This document shows positions 12,131-24,495 of a stretch of 64,000 nucleotides of DNA, in pieces. Numbering within the stretch: position 1 is the stretch's first letter; each line of letters opens with the position of its first letter. The translations under genes and the position numbers were made by a program. Below the pieces are notes generated by a model, which made no database searches, was not told the origin of the DNA, and worked only from the letters and a program-made list of their open reading frames with translations. Source of the DNA: Mobula hypostoma (taxonomy: Eukaryota). The stretch spans positions 195,612,001-195,676,000 of the forward strand of contig NC_086097.1 of the NCBI RefSeq assembly GCF_963921235.1. The letters run 5' to 3'.

Positions 12131-15100
12131 ACTTCGTGCTGCTTTGCTTTTTCTCTCTTGTCCTTCCAAGAAAGTCTGCAACAAATCAGTAATGTGCACA
12201 ACCACTAATCCGTCCATATTTTAGACAGGGAATACCTAGGGTTGGAGTTTAGCCATGGTCTTTCAGCTAATCAAAAATAACTATACCCTGTGGCTCACAT
12301 ACCATAAGGGCCCCTTGCCCAAGCTGGATTTTTCTTGTTTTATCATTGTTAGACACTAGTTTTTTTCTAAGCAGATTTCATTATAGAAAAGGAATGCAAC
12401 AAATTTTGGGGACCTGACTATTATTGGGGAGATATGTATGAGAAATACAGACCTGCGAGCCTCTGTGTCCATACTATAGAGGCTCATGAGCTAAGAAAAA
12501 AAACACATCCAACTACATCAACAGGTTGTTGACTTCAGGAGAAGTTAAGTCATAGCCTGCTGAAAAGAATATCATAATGTATTTATTAAATGGGATGGCC
12601 AGTCAATTCTATGTTTACATACAGGAAATGTGGACAGTTCTAATCAGTTCCAGTACGTGACGTGAATAATTCCCATATGTTGATCATTGATGTCCTTCAT
12701 TACATTTTTTCTATTGGAATCACTATTTTGTGGCTTTGGTTCAGGCACCGTCGACTCACTAAAACCTCATTCTAGCTTCTGGATCTTAGCTCCATTTAGG
12801 ATTATCCATGGTGGTAAATTCAAGGGGAAGGCTCCAGACAAAACAATCCAGCTAAGACAGTGGAGCTGGCAGAAAATTATGACAAATTTCAATGGCAGTG
12901 AAGATGGAGGAAGCCTGCAGCTGTGAACAGTCCTGAGGCATCTTGCATGCTATTCCACTGGACCCTGACCTGACATGGCAAGGACTATGTGGTCTCCCCA
13001 TGTCACGCACGGCCATTCTCCATTAGGGGGGAGTGGACGAACTGGAAACATAAGGATGGAGATAAAGGGAAAGTGAGAATAAGAAAAGTTAAGAATGATA
13101 GCAGAGTCAACAGAGCAGAAAGCTCAAGAAGGGATCGTACAGTATGGCCAAGTGAAATAGGAATTGGTATGGGAGGTGAGGGGAGTAATGAATTAAAAGT
13201 ATTGTATATGAATGCACGGAGTATAAGAAATAAAGTAGAAGAGCTTGAGGCACAGTTGGAAATTGGTAAGTATGATGTTGTGGGAATAACAGAGACATGG
13301 CTTCAAGTGGACAGGGACTGGGAAATGAATATTCAAGGGTATACGTCCTATCGAAAGGACAGACTGATGGGCAGAGGGGCTGGGGTGGCTCTGTTGGTGA
13401 GGAATGATATTCAGTCCCTTGCGAGGGGGAACATAGAATCAGGAGATGAAGAGTCAGTATGGATAGAACTGAGAAATTCTAAGGGTAGAAAGACCCTAAC
13501 GGGAGTTATCTACAGGCCCCCAAACAGTAGTGTGGATGTAGGGTGTAAGTTGAATCAAGAGTTAAAATTGGCATGTCGCAAAGGTAATGCTACAGTTGTT
13601 ATGGGGGATTTCAACATGCAGGTAGACTGGAGGAATCAGGTTGGTACTGGACCCCAAGAAAGGGAGTTTGTGGAGTCCCTCCGAGATGGATTCTTAGAAC
13701 AGCTTGTACTGGAGCCCGCCAGAGAGAATGCAATTCTAGATTTAGCATTGTGCAGTGAACCGGATTTGATCAGGGACTTTGAGGTAAAGGAGCCATTAGG
13801 AGGTAGTGACCATAATATGATAAGTTTTAATCTACAATTTGAGAGGGAGAAGGGAAACTCGGAAGTGTCAGTTCTTTGAACAAAGGGAACTATGGTGCTA
13901 TGAGGGAGGAGCTGGCCAAAGGTCAATGGAACAATACCCTAGCAGGGATGACAGTGGAACAGCAATGGCAAGTGTTTCTGGGAATAATGCGGAAGATGCA
14001 GGATCAGTTCATTCCAAAGAGGAAGAAAGACCCTAAGGGGAGTAAGGGGAGGCTGTGGCTGACAAGGGAAGAGATGGACAGTATAAAAATAAAAGAGAAG
14101 AAGTATAACATAGCAAAGGCGAGTGGGAAGCCGGAGGTTTAGGAAACTTTCAAAGAGCAACAGAAGGTAACTAAAAAGGCAATACACGGAGAAAAAATGA
14201 GGTACGAAGGTAAACTAGCCAAGAATATAAAGGAGGATAGTAAAAGCTTCTTTAGGTATGTGAAAAGGAAAAAAATAGTTAAGACCAAAATTGGGCCCTT
14301 GAAGACAGAAGCGGGTGAATTTATTATGGGGAACAAGGAAATGGCAGACGAGTTGAACAGGTACTTTGGATCTGTCTCCACTAGGGAAGACACGAACAAT
14401 CTCCCAGATGTAATAGTGGCCAAAGGGCCTAGGGTAATGGATGAATTGAAGAAAATTTATATTAGGCAGGAAATGGTGTTGGATAGGCTGTTGGGTCTGA
14501 AGGCTGGTTAGTCCCAGGGACCTGATGGTCTGCACCCCAGGGCACTTAAGGCGGTGGCTTTAGAAATCGTGGATGCATTGGTAATCATTTTCCAATGTTC
14601 TATAGATTCAGGATCAGTTCCTATGGATTGGAGGGTGGCTAATGTTGTCCCTCTCTTCAAGAAGGGAGGAAGAGAGAAAACAGGGAATTATAGACCAGTT
14701 AGCCTGACGTCGGTGGTGGGAAAGATGCTGAAGTCAATTATAAAAGATGAAATTATGACATATCTGGATAGTAGTAACAGGATTGGTCTGAGTCAGCATG
14801 GATTTACGAAGGGGAAATCGTGTTTGACTAATCTTCTGGAATTTTTTGAGGATGTAACTATGAAAACGGACAAGGGAGAGCCAGTAGATGCAGTGTACCT
14901 GAACTTTCAGAAAGCCTTTGATAAAGTCTCACATAGGAGATTAGTGGGCAAAATTAGGGCACATGGTATTGGGGGCAGAGTACTGACATGGATTGAAAAT
15001 TGGCTGGCTAACAGAAAACAAGGAATAGCGATTAACGGGTCCCTTTTGGAATGGCAGGCGGTGACCAGTGGGGTACCGCAGGGTTCAGTGTCGGGACTGC

Positions 15101-15407
15101 AGCTGTTTACAATATATGTTAATGACTTAGATGAGGGAATTAAAAGTAACATTAGCAAATTTGCCGATGACACAAAGCTGGGTGGCAGTGTGAAATGTGA
15201 GGAGGATGTTATGAGAATGCAGGGTGACTTGGACAGGCTGGGTGAGTGGGCAGATGCATGGCAGGTGCAGTTTAATGTGGATAAATATGAGGTTATCCAC
15301 TTTGGTGGTAAGAATAGGAAGGCAGATTATTATCTGAATGGAGTCAAGTTAGGAAAAGGGGAAGCACAAGTACATCAGTCACTGAAAGCAAGCATGCAAG
15401 TACAGCA

Positions 15408-15497
15408 ACATACATCAAAGTTGCTGGTGAACGCAGCAGGCCAAGCAGCATCTATAGGAAGAGGTGCAGTCGACGTTTCAGGCTGAGACCCTTCGTC
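15408..15497 (-). mobile_element. Solo Penelope-like pseudo-LTR insertion inside CR1 ORF2
   Basis: 9-bp TSD AGTACAGCA (15399-15407 / 15498-15506); removing the insert restores MQVQQAVKKANG. Confidence 0.9.
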
Positions 15498-15499
15498 AG
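15467..15499 (-). ncRNA. Minimal hammerhead ribozyme core (5' arm of stem I lost)
   Basis: CTGACGA-AGGGTCTCAGCCT-GAAA-CGTC-GACTG on the minus strand. Confidence 0.7.
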
Positions 15500-17040
15500 T
15501 ACAGCAGGCAGTGAAGAAAGCTAATGGCATGCTGGCCTTCATAACAAGGGGAATTGAGTATAAGAGCAAAGAGGTCCTTCTGCAGCTGTACAGGGCCCTG
15601 GTGAGACCACACCTGCAGTGCTGTGTGCAGTTTTGGTCTCCAAATTTGAGGAAGGACATTATTGCTATTGAGGGAGTGCAGCGGAGATTCACAAGGTTAA
15701 TTCCCGGGATGGCGGGACTGTCATATGTCGAAAGATTGGAGCGACTGGGCTTGTATACTCTGGAATTTAAAAGGCTGAGAGGGGATCTTATTGAAACATA
15801 TAAGATTATTAAGGGATTGGACATGCTGGAGGCAGGAAGCATGTTCCCGCTGATGGGTGAGTCCAGAACCAGAGGCCACAGTTTAAAAATTAGGGGTAGG
15901 CCATTTAGAACAGAGTTGAGGAAAAACTTTTTCACCCAGAGAGTGGTGGATATATGGAATGCTCTGCCCCAGAAGACTGTGAAGGCCAAGTCTCTGGATG
16001 CTTTCAAAAAAGAGATGGATAGAGCTCTTAAAGATAGTGGAATCAAAGGTTATGGGGATAAGGCAGGAACTGGATACTGATTGTGGATGATCAGCCATGA
16101 TCACAGTGAATGGCGGTGCTGGCCCGAAGGGCCGAATGGCTTACTCCTGCACCTATTGCCTATTGTCTATTGTCTATTCTCTAGGGGAAAAATGCCTTGG
16201 GAAAACATCATACTCAACTCAATTGATCATGCTACCATCTCTACCTATCAAAGCAGGAAAATTTACTGGAAAGTTATTTTTAACAAGTGGACCTCATTGC
16301 ATAAAGCATCTAAAGAGAGCGATAAGTACTTCATAAAAATTCTAAGTCTCAGCAAACCCTATTGTTTACCAATGCCCTCTTTTTCACTACTTTCTATTGC
16401 TTTGAACATAAAGGACATGTACCTCCAATTCGATCGAGTGGTCCTTGGATTAGGGGATGGATAGGCATGAAGTTTTGCTCAATGAATCAGCAGCAGCATT
16501 GTCAACTTGAATCATGTTGGTAACACTCAGCATGCTCCAAGGCCTTGTCATCCTTCCTGATATGTACAACCTAGAATTGGACACCACACTCTAACTGAAG
16601 CCAAGCCAATGATTCATAAATATTTGGCTTTCTATCTTTACATCTTGTCATGAAGTTAAGCATGCCATATGCTTTCTCTTACAGGCTTAGTAATTGCCCT
16701 GCCACCTTCAAAAATCTCAGTATCAGAATAGATACCACAAAACTGCAGGTAAGTCTCTGTACTCTTTATGAGTGTAAAATATTCTGCAGTGTCTTACTGA
16801 AGAAAGAAGAATTAGTATTTGAGCAGCTATTTTTCATTTTAACCACACCCGTTTGGGTGCTTAGATTTACTATAGAAAAAAATAGCTCTTAATCTGAATC
16901 CATAAAATTCTCTAAAATCCCGAGAAATTTAAAGTTTAGGTCAAGATGAATATTGATATCCAAGGTACATAATGCAGTTTCAGTAGTTTAAGAGTGGTGC
17001 TGAAGTGAAACATAAATTCAGCTCAAAGCCAAGATTCTTT

Positions 17041-17720
17041 TTTTTAGATTATGAGGACACGGAGTCCTCTTTTATTGTCATTTAGTAATGCATGCATTAA
17101 GAAATGATACAACGTTCCTCCAATGATATCACAGAAACACAAGACAAACCGACTGAAAAACTGACAAAAACCACATAATTATAAAATATAGTTACAACAG
17201 TGCAAAGCAATACCGTAATTTGATGAAGAACAGACCATGGGCACGGTAAAAAATAGTCTCAAAGTCTCTTGAAAGTCCCATCATCTCATGCTGATGGTAG
17301 AAGGAAGAAAAAATAAACTCTTCCTGCCATGAGCTTCCAGCGCCGCAAACTTGCCGATGCAGCATCCTGGAAACACCCGACCACAGCCAACTTTTGAGTC
17401 CGTCTGAAAACTTCAAGCCTCCGACCAGCCTTCCGACACCGAGCACCAAGCACCATCTCTGCCGAGCGCTTCGACCCCGGCCCCGGCAACAGGAAATAGG
17501 CAAAGCCGAGGATTTGGGGCCTTCCCCTCCAGAGATTCTTGATCGCACTGTAGCAGCGGCAGCGAAGCAGGCATTTCAGAAGTTTCTCCAGGTGTTCCTC
17601 CTTGCTTCTCACGTCCGTCTCCATCAAATCAGAATTGTGCACGGCCCCTAGTTAACACATACGATATCATTCGGAGCAGCCGCGCGCGCTGCGTTGCGCT
17701 GCCATCTTCTCCTCCCCCTC
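17041..17720 (-). mobile_element. Non-coding ~680 bp retroposed element (probable non-autonomous Rex/Babar-mobilised family), apparently full length
   Basis: 5' GGAGAAGATGGCAGCG head, CpG-rich body, 3' TGACAATAAAA-GAGGAC..GTCCTC-ATAATCT; second copy at 59992-60527. Confidence 0.7.
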
Positions 17721-18089
17721 TCTGATTCTGTCTTTAAATGGAAAATGTTACATGACCTTCTGTTTACTTCTCTTGTTTTTATTATTTTAATATAGGACGT
17801 AAAAGTCAGGTAAAATTGCTTTTTAAACATGAAAGCCGATCAATCAGCATTACATCTATTCTTCCAATAAGTTTGAAATACTGCGAGGGAAACAATCGAC
17901 AAATTGAAGGCTAAGAAATGATTCCCAAATTTAAAATTACTGCCTTGCATAACTAAATATAATACCTTTAAAAATTTAGATGAAAACATTAATTAAGAAG
18001 AACTTAGATTGTAAATGAATTTGGTTTTAACAAAAGAACTAGCAAAACTGTCATAAAATAAAACAAGTTTAAAAAAGGGAATGTATTAT

Positions 18090-18260
18090 ACTTCATCTTC
18101 AGTCATCAGCTAGTAAAGGAATGATTTGCTTCCACTCTGTCTGTAAATATGGTCTAACTAATGAGGCCAATGTGGTTCCCACAGCTTTTCCCATGGGGGT
18201 GTGGTCCTCCTGCTGTTTAGAACAATGTCCTCAATACCTTCTTCCTGTTGACTAAAGAGT
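18090..18260 (-). mobile_element. Old RTE-type LINE 3' end
   Basis: Reverse complement AGAGTGGAAGCAAATCATTCC...TGATGACTGAAGATGAAG resembles RTE/BovB-type termini. Confidence 0.35.
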
Positions 18261-19429
18261 TGTTTCCCAAAAACCAGAATGAATTCTGTCCATCAGAAGC
18301 ACAATGCACAGCCATTTAGCTACTCCAAGAGAAATGTTGAGGACAGTACCAACAACTAAAAATGACATTTTTTCACCTCATAGAAGTCCTTAAATCTGTC
18401 ATGCAGGAAGGATTTCCAGCACCCTCAGCCAACAGAAATTTCTCTCCATCTTATCTTGGATTCATGATAGAATGCAAGTTCATAACAGATTCAGTCTCGG
18501 TGCAATAGGTTTTCCAAAGCTGCACCTCACCTCCATCGTGCTTCCTGTCAGATGGAACAAATCTACATGACTAATGAGGAGCTATCGAACCCATATTATC
18601 CCTTTTCCAGAAACTCTAGTACAAACTCAGTAGCTGATCAACGGTATTCACAGAACAGTTGTGTACTAGTCTTTAATGAATGCCAAATCCTGCTGTTTGC
18701 TGATTTTCTCTTTTGCATTTAGGTTTAGTCAGTCATCTCACGCAATAAACCCCCAAGTTACCTTTTTATTCATGATGTCCATCATACTCTGAAGAAACTA
18801 TTGCATGATAACTTCCTTCACAGCTTATGGGAATCTGATGATGATATTGAGATAATCAATGCATGATGCAAACTAAAGCAATCAGATTATGGAAAGACTG
18901 TGTAATTTCCCAAATGAATGACTGCACATTTACAACCTTTCAGATATCAGTATGACCTCAACTATTAGTTTTGACTTTTGTATAATGGTGAGGACTCAAA
19001 TTGCACCTGGCATTTTAAATAAGTTGTAACGTATAGCTCACAATTATTGCCTTTTCTGAAATTTAGTACTCAAGTACGCACTGAACATTTCTGGAAAATG
19101 CTTGGAAATGTGTTTTCATTAAATGCTGATTTATTTTTTGCTTGAAACAGCTCCCATTACCAATTATCATAAATCATTGGAGCTTCACTCAGTGACTTCA
19201 ATATCTTGTAGTTTGTAGCTGTTATTTACCAGTTGAATGTGGCTATAGGGTAGTATACTGAAAGCAATATATGTTTGGCAATTATTTCTTGTATTAGTTG
19301 CTCAGTTACACACATAGTAAAAATCTCATGTAACTTAAATGTCAATTGCTCTGATCAGAAATATATATTTTTACTTCCTGAATAGCCTTTCAGAGGGTGG
19401 AAAAGGGCTTGTTTTGCTTTTGTTTTTTT

Positions 19430-19622
19430 TTGCTCTTATTGTGTTTTTGTTGGGTATGTTGTTCTGCTGAAAATGGTGGGCCTGCTATGCTGGCAAACTT
19501 TGTGGGCTGCCCCCACCACATCCTTCATTTGTGTTGGTTGTTAACAGAAACAACTCATTTCACTGTATGTTTTGATTTATAGGCAATAAGTAAATTCATC
19601 TGAATATGAATCTGAATCTGAT
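19430..19622 (+). mobile_element. 3' half of a SINE with (TCTGAA)n tail
   Basis: Similar to the reverse complement of 38935-39030 and 38180-38235. Confidence 0.55.
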
Positions 19623-21239
19623 TCCCCATCTGTCCTTTTAGTTCCCCTAATACTATCAAAACTCCCATCAAATCACCCCTTAATTTTCTAAAAGTCATGG
19701 AATGCTGTTTATCTCTAGTGTTCAGAATCGTTTATCCCCTGAAACCTATCCTTAACATAGTAAATCTACACTGCAATCACCAAGGCTAATCTACCTCCAC
19801 TATACTCTTTCTATTTCTTTTCTTTCTATCTCTTTCCATATCCCTTTCTATTTCCTAATGCCTCGCCAAAATATCCACTGCTTGAATTATCCCTTATTAT
19901 AGAAGTAATTTCATGCTTAATCCCTTATTTTCTACTTCTCACCTACAAGAATCCGCATCCTTCCTGTGAGTCTCATAACCTAGCAAGTTCAGTTCTGGCT
20001 CCTGAATGTCTTGTCACCATGGCGTTACACTTGCCTTCCACATTGTGCCCTCAGACTTGAATTTAATGCTTTACTTGATTCAATTTATTCCTAATACTCC
20101 AAGTATTTGTATAAACCAAACTTATTTGAATCATACACCCTGACATTTTCATCTTACCTAATTTTTACACATTTTTCTTAATTCTTGTTCCTGTATTAAT
20201 ATTGTTCCTTTTTTTATATAGTCCAATGTACCAATATTACTTAATTTTAATTTTAGTTTCTGAATTTTATACATTGCATCTTGACTATTTCTACCACTTA
20301 CTTGCTGAAGTTGCTACAATTTCACCATTTATCATTTCCATCAAGACTTTGGTGCGAACCCAGTTTAGTTGTGACAAATTCCAATGGAAATGTTTTCTGC
20401 TTCCTCAATATTGGGAATAGTATTTCACTGAGGATACTATTTTTCTCTGGAGGGAAAATCGACGTGGACTTACTGTTAAATTGGGATATTTAAGAATCAA
20501 GTCATTTTCAGAAATTCTCCTTGAACTTTATTCAAGCCTGCATTATCATTATTTTGTAGTTTACACCAATTCACATCAATAGAATTGAGGCCCTTGATAT
20601 TTACAGATACATACAGTTCACTGGGGAGCTGGGAAACTGGCCCAGATGGTGTACAACTTTCACAGAATAGCACAACATAGAATTCTTGTGTACATTTATT
20701 AAGTCTGAATGAATAACACAAGTAAAATAGTAATAAGTACAAGCACACAAATGAAATGGTATAAAGTTTTAATATGAAACTACTAAAGATACGTAATGTA
20801 AATTGCTACAAATCTTTGTACTTAGTAACTAATACTGCTTTAAAAATTAATCGTAATTATAAGTTCGACACGTACTGCCCTGTACTTCTAAATTTAAGTA
20901 CAACTCACTCCGGACATTAGTCAAAGGACCCCATGCCCTTGCAAGCAGTTCTCTTATTTTAAATATTATTTACATTTAACTCTAAGTAATTTTAAATTTA
21001 ACTCTCCACAATGAGCATTGGAAGAAGGCATTTCCACATGCATCGTTCTGTCCACAGCTACCTGGAAATTACTAAAGTTTTCCCTGAACATAACTTACTT
21101 TATAATAAAAAATCACACCCCTGCCAGTTTCCAATTTGATTGGAGCAGCCTCCCCTTTGATTGTGCCATGTTAATCCTGTTTGTCTGCTACAAACCTGCC
21201 TACCTGTTTGCCTGCTGAAAAGCTGTGATAGAGTTCAAT

Positions 21240-22132
21240 GTGACTGGAAATTGTGGGGTAGAAGCTGTCCTTGAGCCTGGTGCTACATGCTGTCAGGCTT
21301 TTGTATCCTCCTGATTTGATTGGGGGTGGGGGATGAGAGAATCTCCAGGGTGAATGGGGTCTTAGATAATGCTGGCTGCTTTACTGATGCAGTGAGAACT
21401 GTAAGCAAAGTCTCAGGAGGAGGGCTGGATTCTGTGATATCCTGAGCTGTGCCCACAATACAATGCAGTTTCCTGTAACTGTGAGAAAAGCAGTCGCCAT
21501 ACCAAGCCATGATGCATCTGGTTAAGCTGCTTTCTGTAGGGCATTGATAAAACTTGGTGAGGGTCAGAGCGGTTGTGCTAAATTCCTTTAGTTTCCCGAG
21601 GAAGCTGAGGCACTGGTAAGATTCCTCGGCTGTGGCATCAACTGGGTTAGATCAAGACAGGCTTTAAGCGATGTTTACTTCTCGGAATTTGAAGATCCCA
21701 TCCCTCTCCACAGCAGAACCATTGATGTAAACAGGAGCATATGCACTGCCCCTACCTGAACTTAATGCCCTGCTCTTTTGTTATGTTGATATTGTCAGAA
21801 AGGTTGTTGGCCTGACACCATACCACTAGGTTCTCTATGTCTTTCCTGTACTCCCACTCATCATTATTGAGAGATGGCCCACAACATTGGTGTCATCTGT
21901 AAACTTGCCGATGGATTTAGAGCAGAATATGGCCACACATTCATAGGTGTATAGGGAGTATGGTAGAGGGCTAAGGATGCAGTGTTAAGGATAATCATGG
22001 TGATAGTGGTTGCTGCCTGTCCTTACTGATTATGTCCTGCTTGTCATGAAGTCTAGGAAGGTACTGAGTCCAATGTCCAGGAGTTTCAAGATGAGTTTGA
22101 AATTATGGTATTGAAGATAAAGCTGTAGTCAA
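21240..22132 (-). mobile_element. Rex1/Babar LINE RT/C-terminal fragment, degenerate
   Basis: AWYGDC..RKLHCIVGTAQDIT; FTDDT-like motif near 21895; DYSFIFNTI near 22115. Confidence 0.8.
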
Positions 22133-22204
22133 CAGTACAATTTTATCCCTGAGCCAAACAATTTTGATCCTTTTAGATGAATCCTTAAAGCAAAGTCTGA
22201 ACTT

Positions 22205-22305
22205 TTTCCAAGTCTGATGTAGGATGACGAACATGAAACATTAACATTGTTTCTCATTCAGTAGATGTTGTCTGATCTGTTAAGTATTTCCAGCATATCT
22301 GTTTT
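22205..22305 (+). mobile_element. Ancient Penelope-type pseudo-LTR relic with decayed hammerhead-like motif
   Basis: CTGATGT..TGAAACATTAAC..AGATGTTGTCTGATCTGTTAAGTATTTCCAGCAT parallels the younger pLTRs. Confidence 0.5.
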
Positions 22306-23599
22306 GACTGTAATCCAACCTGTCAATTTAAGTGGATGTAAAAATTCCAGTGGTACACTTTCAAGTGAAGCTATTGCAAAACTCTTTTCCCTCAAAGGAA
22401 CAATGTTAGTTCAAGAGATTGTAAAATAAACTAGTGCTGTCGGCACTTCATTTTGTTCCACTCATCTTTTCAAACAAATTATCTTCATCTTGCTCCCTGC
22501 CCCTTCCTTCTCTCCATCAGCTTCCCAAGTCCAATCTTTTCCATTTTTGTAAAGGAAGTAACAGATAATTTTGAGATAAAAAGTATAGGACTTAATGAAG
22601 AGAGGTGGGAATAAACAGGTGTGAATCATAAATGCCAACATAGATGTGTTAGGATGAATGTTTCTGTTCTTTCAATGAGTTTTTGTGTAGTTTATGTCTC
22701 AGCCAACATTATTATGCATGTTAGATGGTGTTTTACTGTAATGCTTTGCTGCAATACTACTGGGCACAAATTGACCTTAAAAAAGTGACAACATTCAAAG
22801 GTTATCATTGGCTGTGAAATGTTTTAAAGGAAGCATTCAGTTATTTCTTTCCTTAAGCTCTAAAAAAATTCACTGATTGCTTGCCTAGATGGTTTTAACA
22901 ACAGTTAACCATCACAAGAAGCACCTTTTAAGTTCAGCAGATTTCAATTTTAGTAAATGAATCATGCAAACAAAATGCCCAGTCCTTCTAATATCGGCAT
23001 AAAGGACATAAATATTTTTACTATTCTGAGATAGCTCAGTAATAACTTATATTTTCCAGAATCTCTGTGATTCAACATCATAAACCTGAATAGTGGTGAT
23101 TATCATTATTACTATAGGTAAAATCTAATCAAGGAATTTTTGAAATGACTTGCAGAAAAGTGATTATTCTTTATTTTTAAAGTATTTGCTTTATAGAAAA
23201 ACAATAAAATTAAAATTCTGTTGTAATCTTGCAGAAACATTAAATCATAGCATCACTTTAAATCAGCTTCAATTTAATATCTCTGCCATTAAATATGAAG
23301 CAACTTGGACAGGAATATAGTTAGACAGATGCAATGTTGAATCAGACTCAATTTCCTAATTGGACAACTACACTTAATATTGAGGGCTAGCGATAAGGAT
23401 TGTTAAAAACGAGAAATGTAAGTGATAGAAAGATATCAAAGAGATGGCAGGCTGAGAGGGGAAATAACATTCTTTCAGCCCAATAATATGAAACTCATAG
23501 TGAACCAAAACTAGTTTGCATCCCATTCTCTTGTATTTCATAACATTATTGAAAGCTTCTAGAATAAAGCATGAAAAAACTGTTCCCAATTGCTGATGA

Positions 23600-23890
23600 G
23601 TTTGTAACAGGGAATATAAATTTAAAATTAACACCGGGTGTATAAAAGGCAGCTTAGATTTTCTTGTCAGGAAAAAACTGTTAGAATATTACAATCATGA
23701 CGTTAAAGAGGGAATAATACAAATACTTGAAAAAACATTTCTGACTATGAGATGAGAGTAGGTAACTGATGTGGATCTGTAAAAACCTGCAAGGGTGAAA
23801 AGGACCTGATGGTTACATATAGGCCTCTGAACAGTAGCCAGGATGTGGGCCACAAATTGTAATGGGAGATGGAAAATGCATGTCAAATGA
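23600..23890 (+). mobile_element. CR1 endonuclease relic
   Basis: YRPLNSS-type motif near 23820. Confidence 0.5.
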
Positions 23891-23892
23891 TA

Positions 23893-24495
23893 GTCAAAGG
23901 TTCAAAGGTTCATTTATTATAAAGTGTACAGCTCTGAAATTCTTCTTCTCCAGTTAGCAAAAAAACAAGAAAGAAAAGAACGGCAGCATGATCATCGACC
24001 CCCAAATCCCCTTCCCCCACACAAAAAGTAAAAACGAAAAAGATCAGGTGAAAAACACAGAATATAAATAACTATCAGACTGTAAAACAAAGTCAGTAGA
24101 CGAAGTCCATATCCAAAATGCAGGAAACCTGGGTAACATTTTCCAGCCACAGCAGCAAGATCTCCTCTCTCCAATAGTAGAGTGATCTCACCAGCGATAG
24201 AAAGGTAGGCAGCTGGTGCTCACCTTCCACATTCGCCTCGATGTTTCAATCTCCCTCATTGCTTTACATCAGTGAACAATAGAAGGTTCAATCAGCAAAA
24301 TGGATTTGTGCATTGGCTCGTGCCCCATCCCGCAGCCTTCTCACCATGAGGATCATACAAACTGCCCCTACCTCCTGGATCCTCTCAGCAACTGTAGTGC
24401 GCTGAAACACTCAGACAATCTCCAAACTGCAAACCACATCTCCAAATCACATTCAGGAAGTAAAAGATGGAAAAGAAGTAAAAGAAGTGAAATAT
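23893..24495 (-). mobile_element. Non-coding retroposed element with (GAACCTTT)n tail
   Basis: Reverse complement ends ATAATAAATGAACCTTTGAACCTTTGA; no recognisable ORF. Confidence 0.5.

Larger units (their letters stand above)
13021..16175 (+). mobile_element. Young 5'-truncated CR1 LINE with nearly complete ORF2 (APE endonuclease plus RT), inactivated
   Basis: MNARSIRNK, GITETW, GVIYRPP, GDFN, SDH, NYRPVSLTS, GVPQGS, FADDTKL, FFTQRVV; (CTATTGT)n tail; possible ATTCTC TSD at 13015-13020 / 16176-16181. Confidence 0.95.

Noticed and set aside
15375..16046. 223 aa antisense ORF
   Set aside because: Shadow of CR1 ORF2 on the opposite strand
12989..16080. Long ORFs (296, 310 and 189 aa) as host genes
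   Set aside because: They are consecutive pieces of one CR1 ORF2 broken by stops, a frameshift and an insertion
17192..17651. Overlapping 85-118 aa ORFs in the 17 kb and 60 kb elements
   Set aside because: Frames are not preserved between the two copies; explained by GC-rich non-coding sequence
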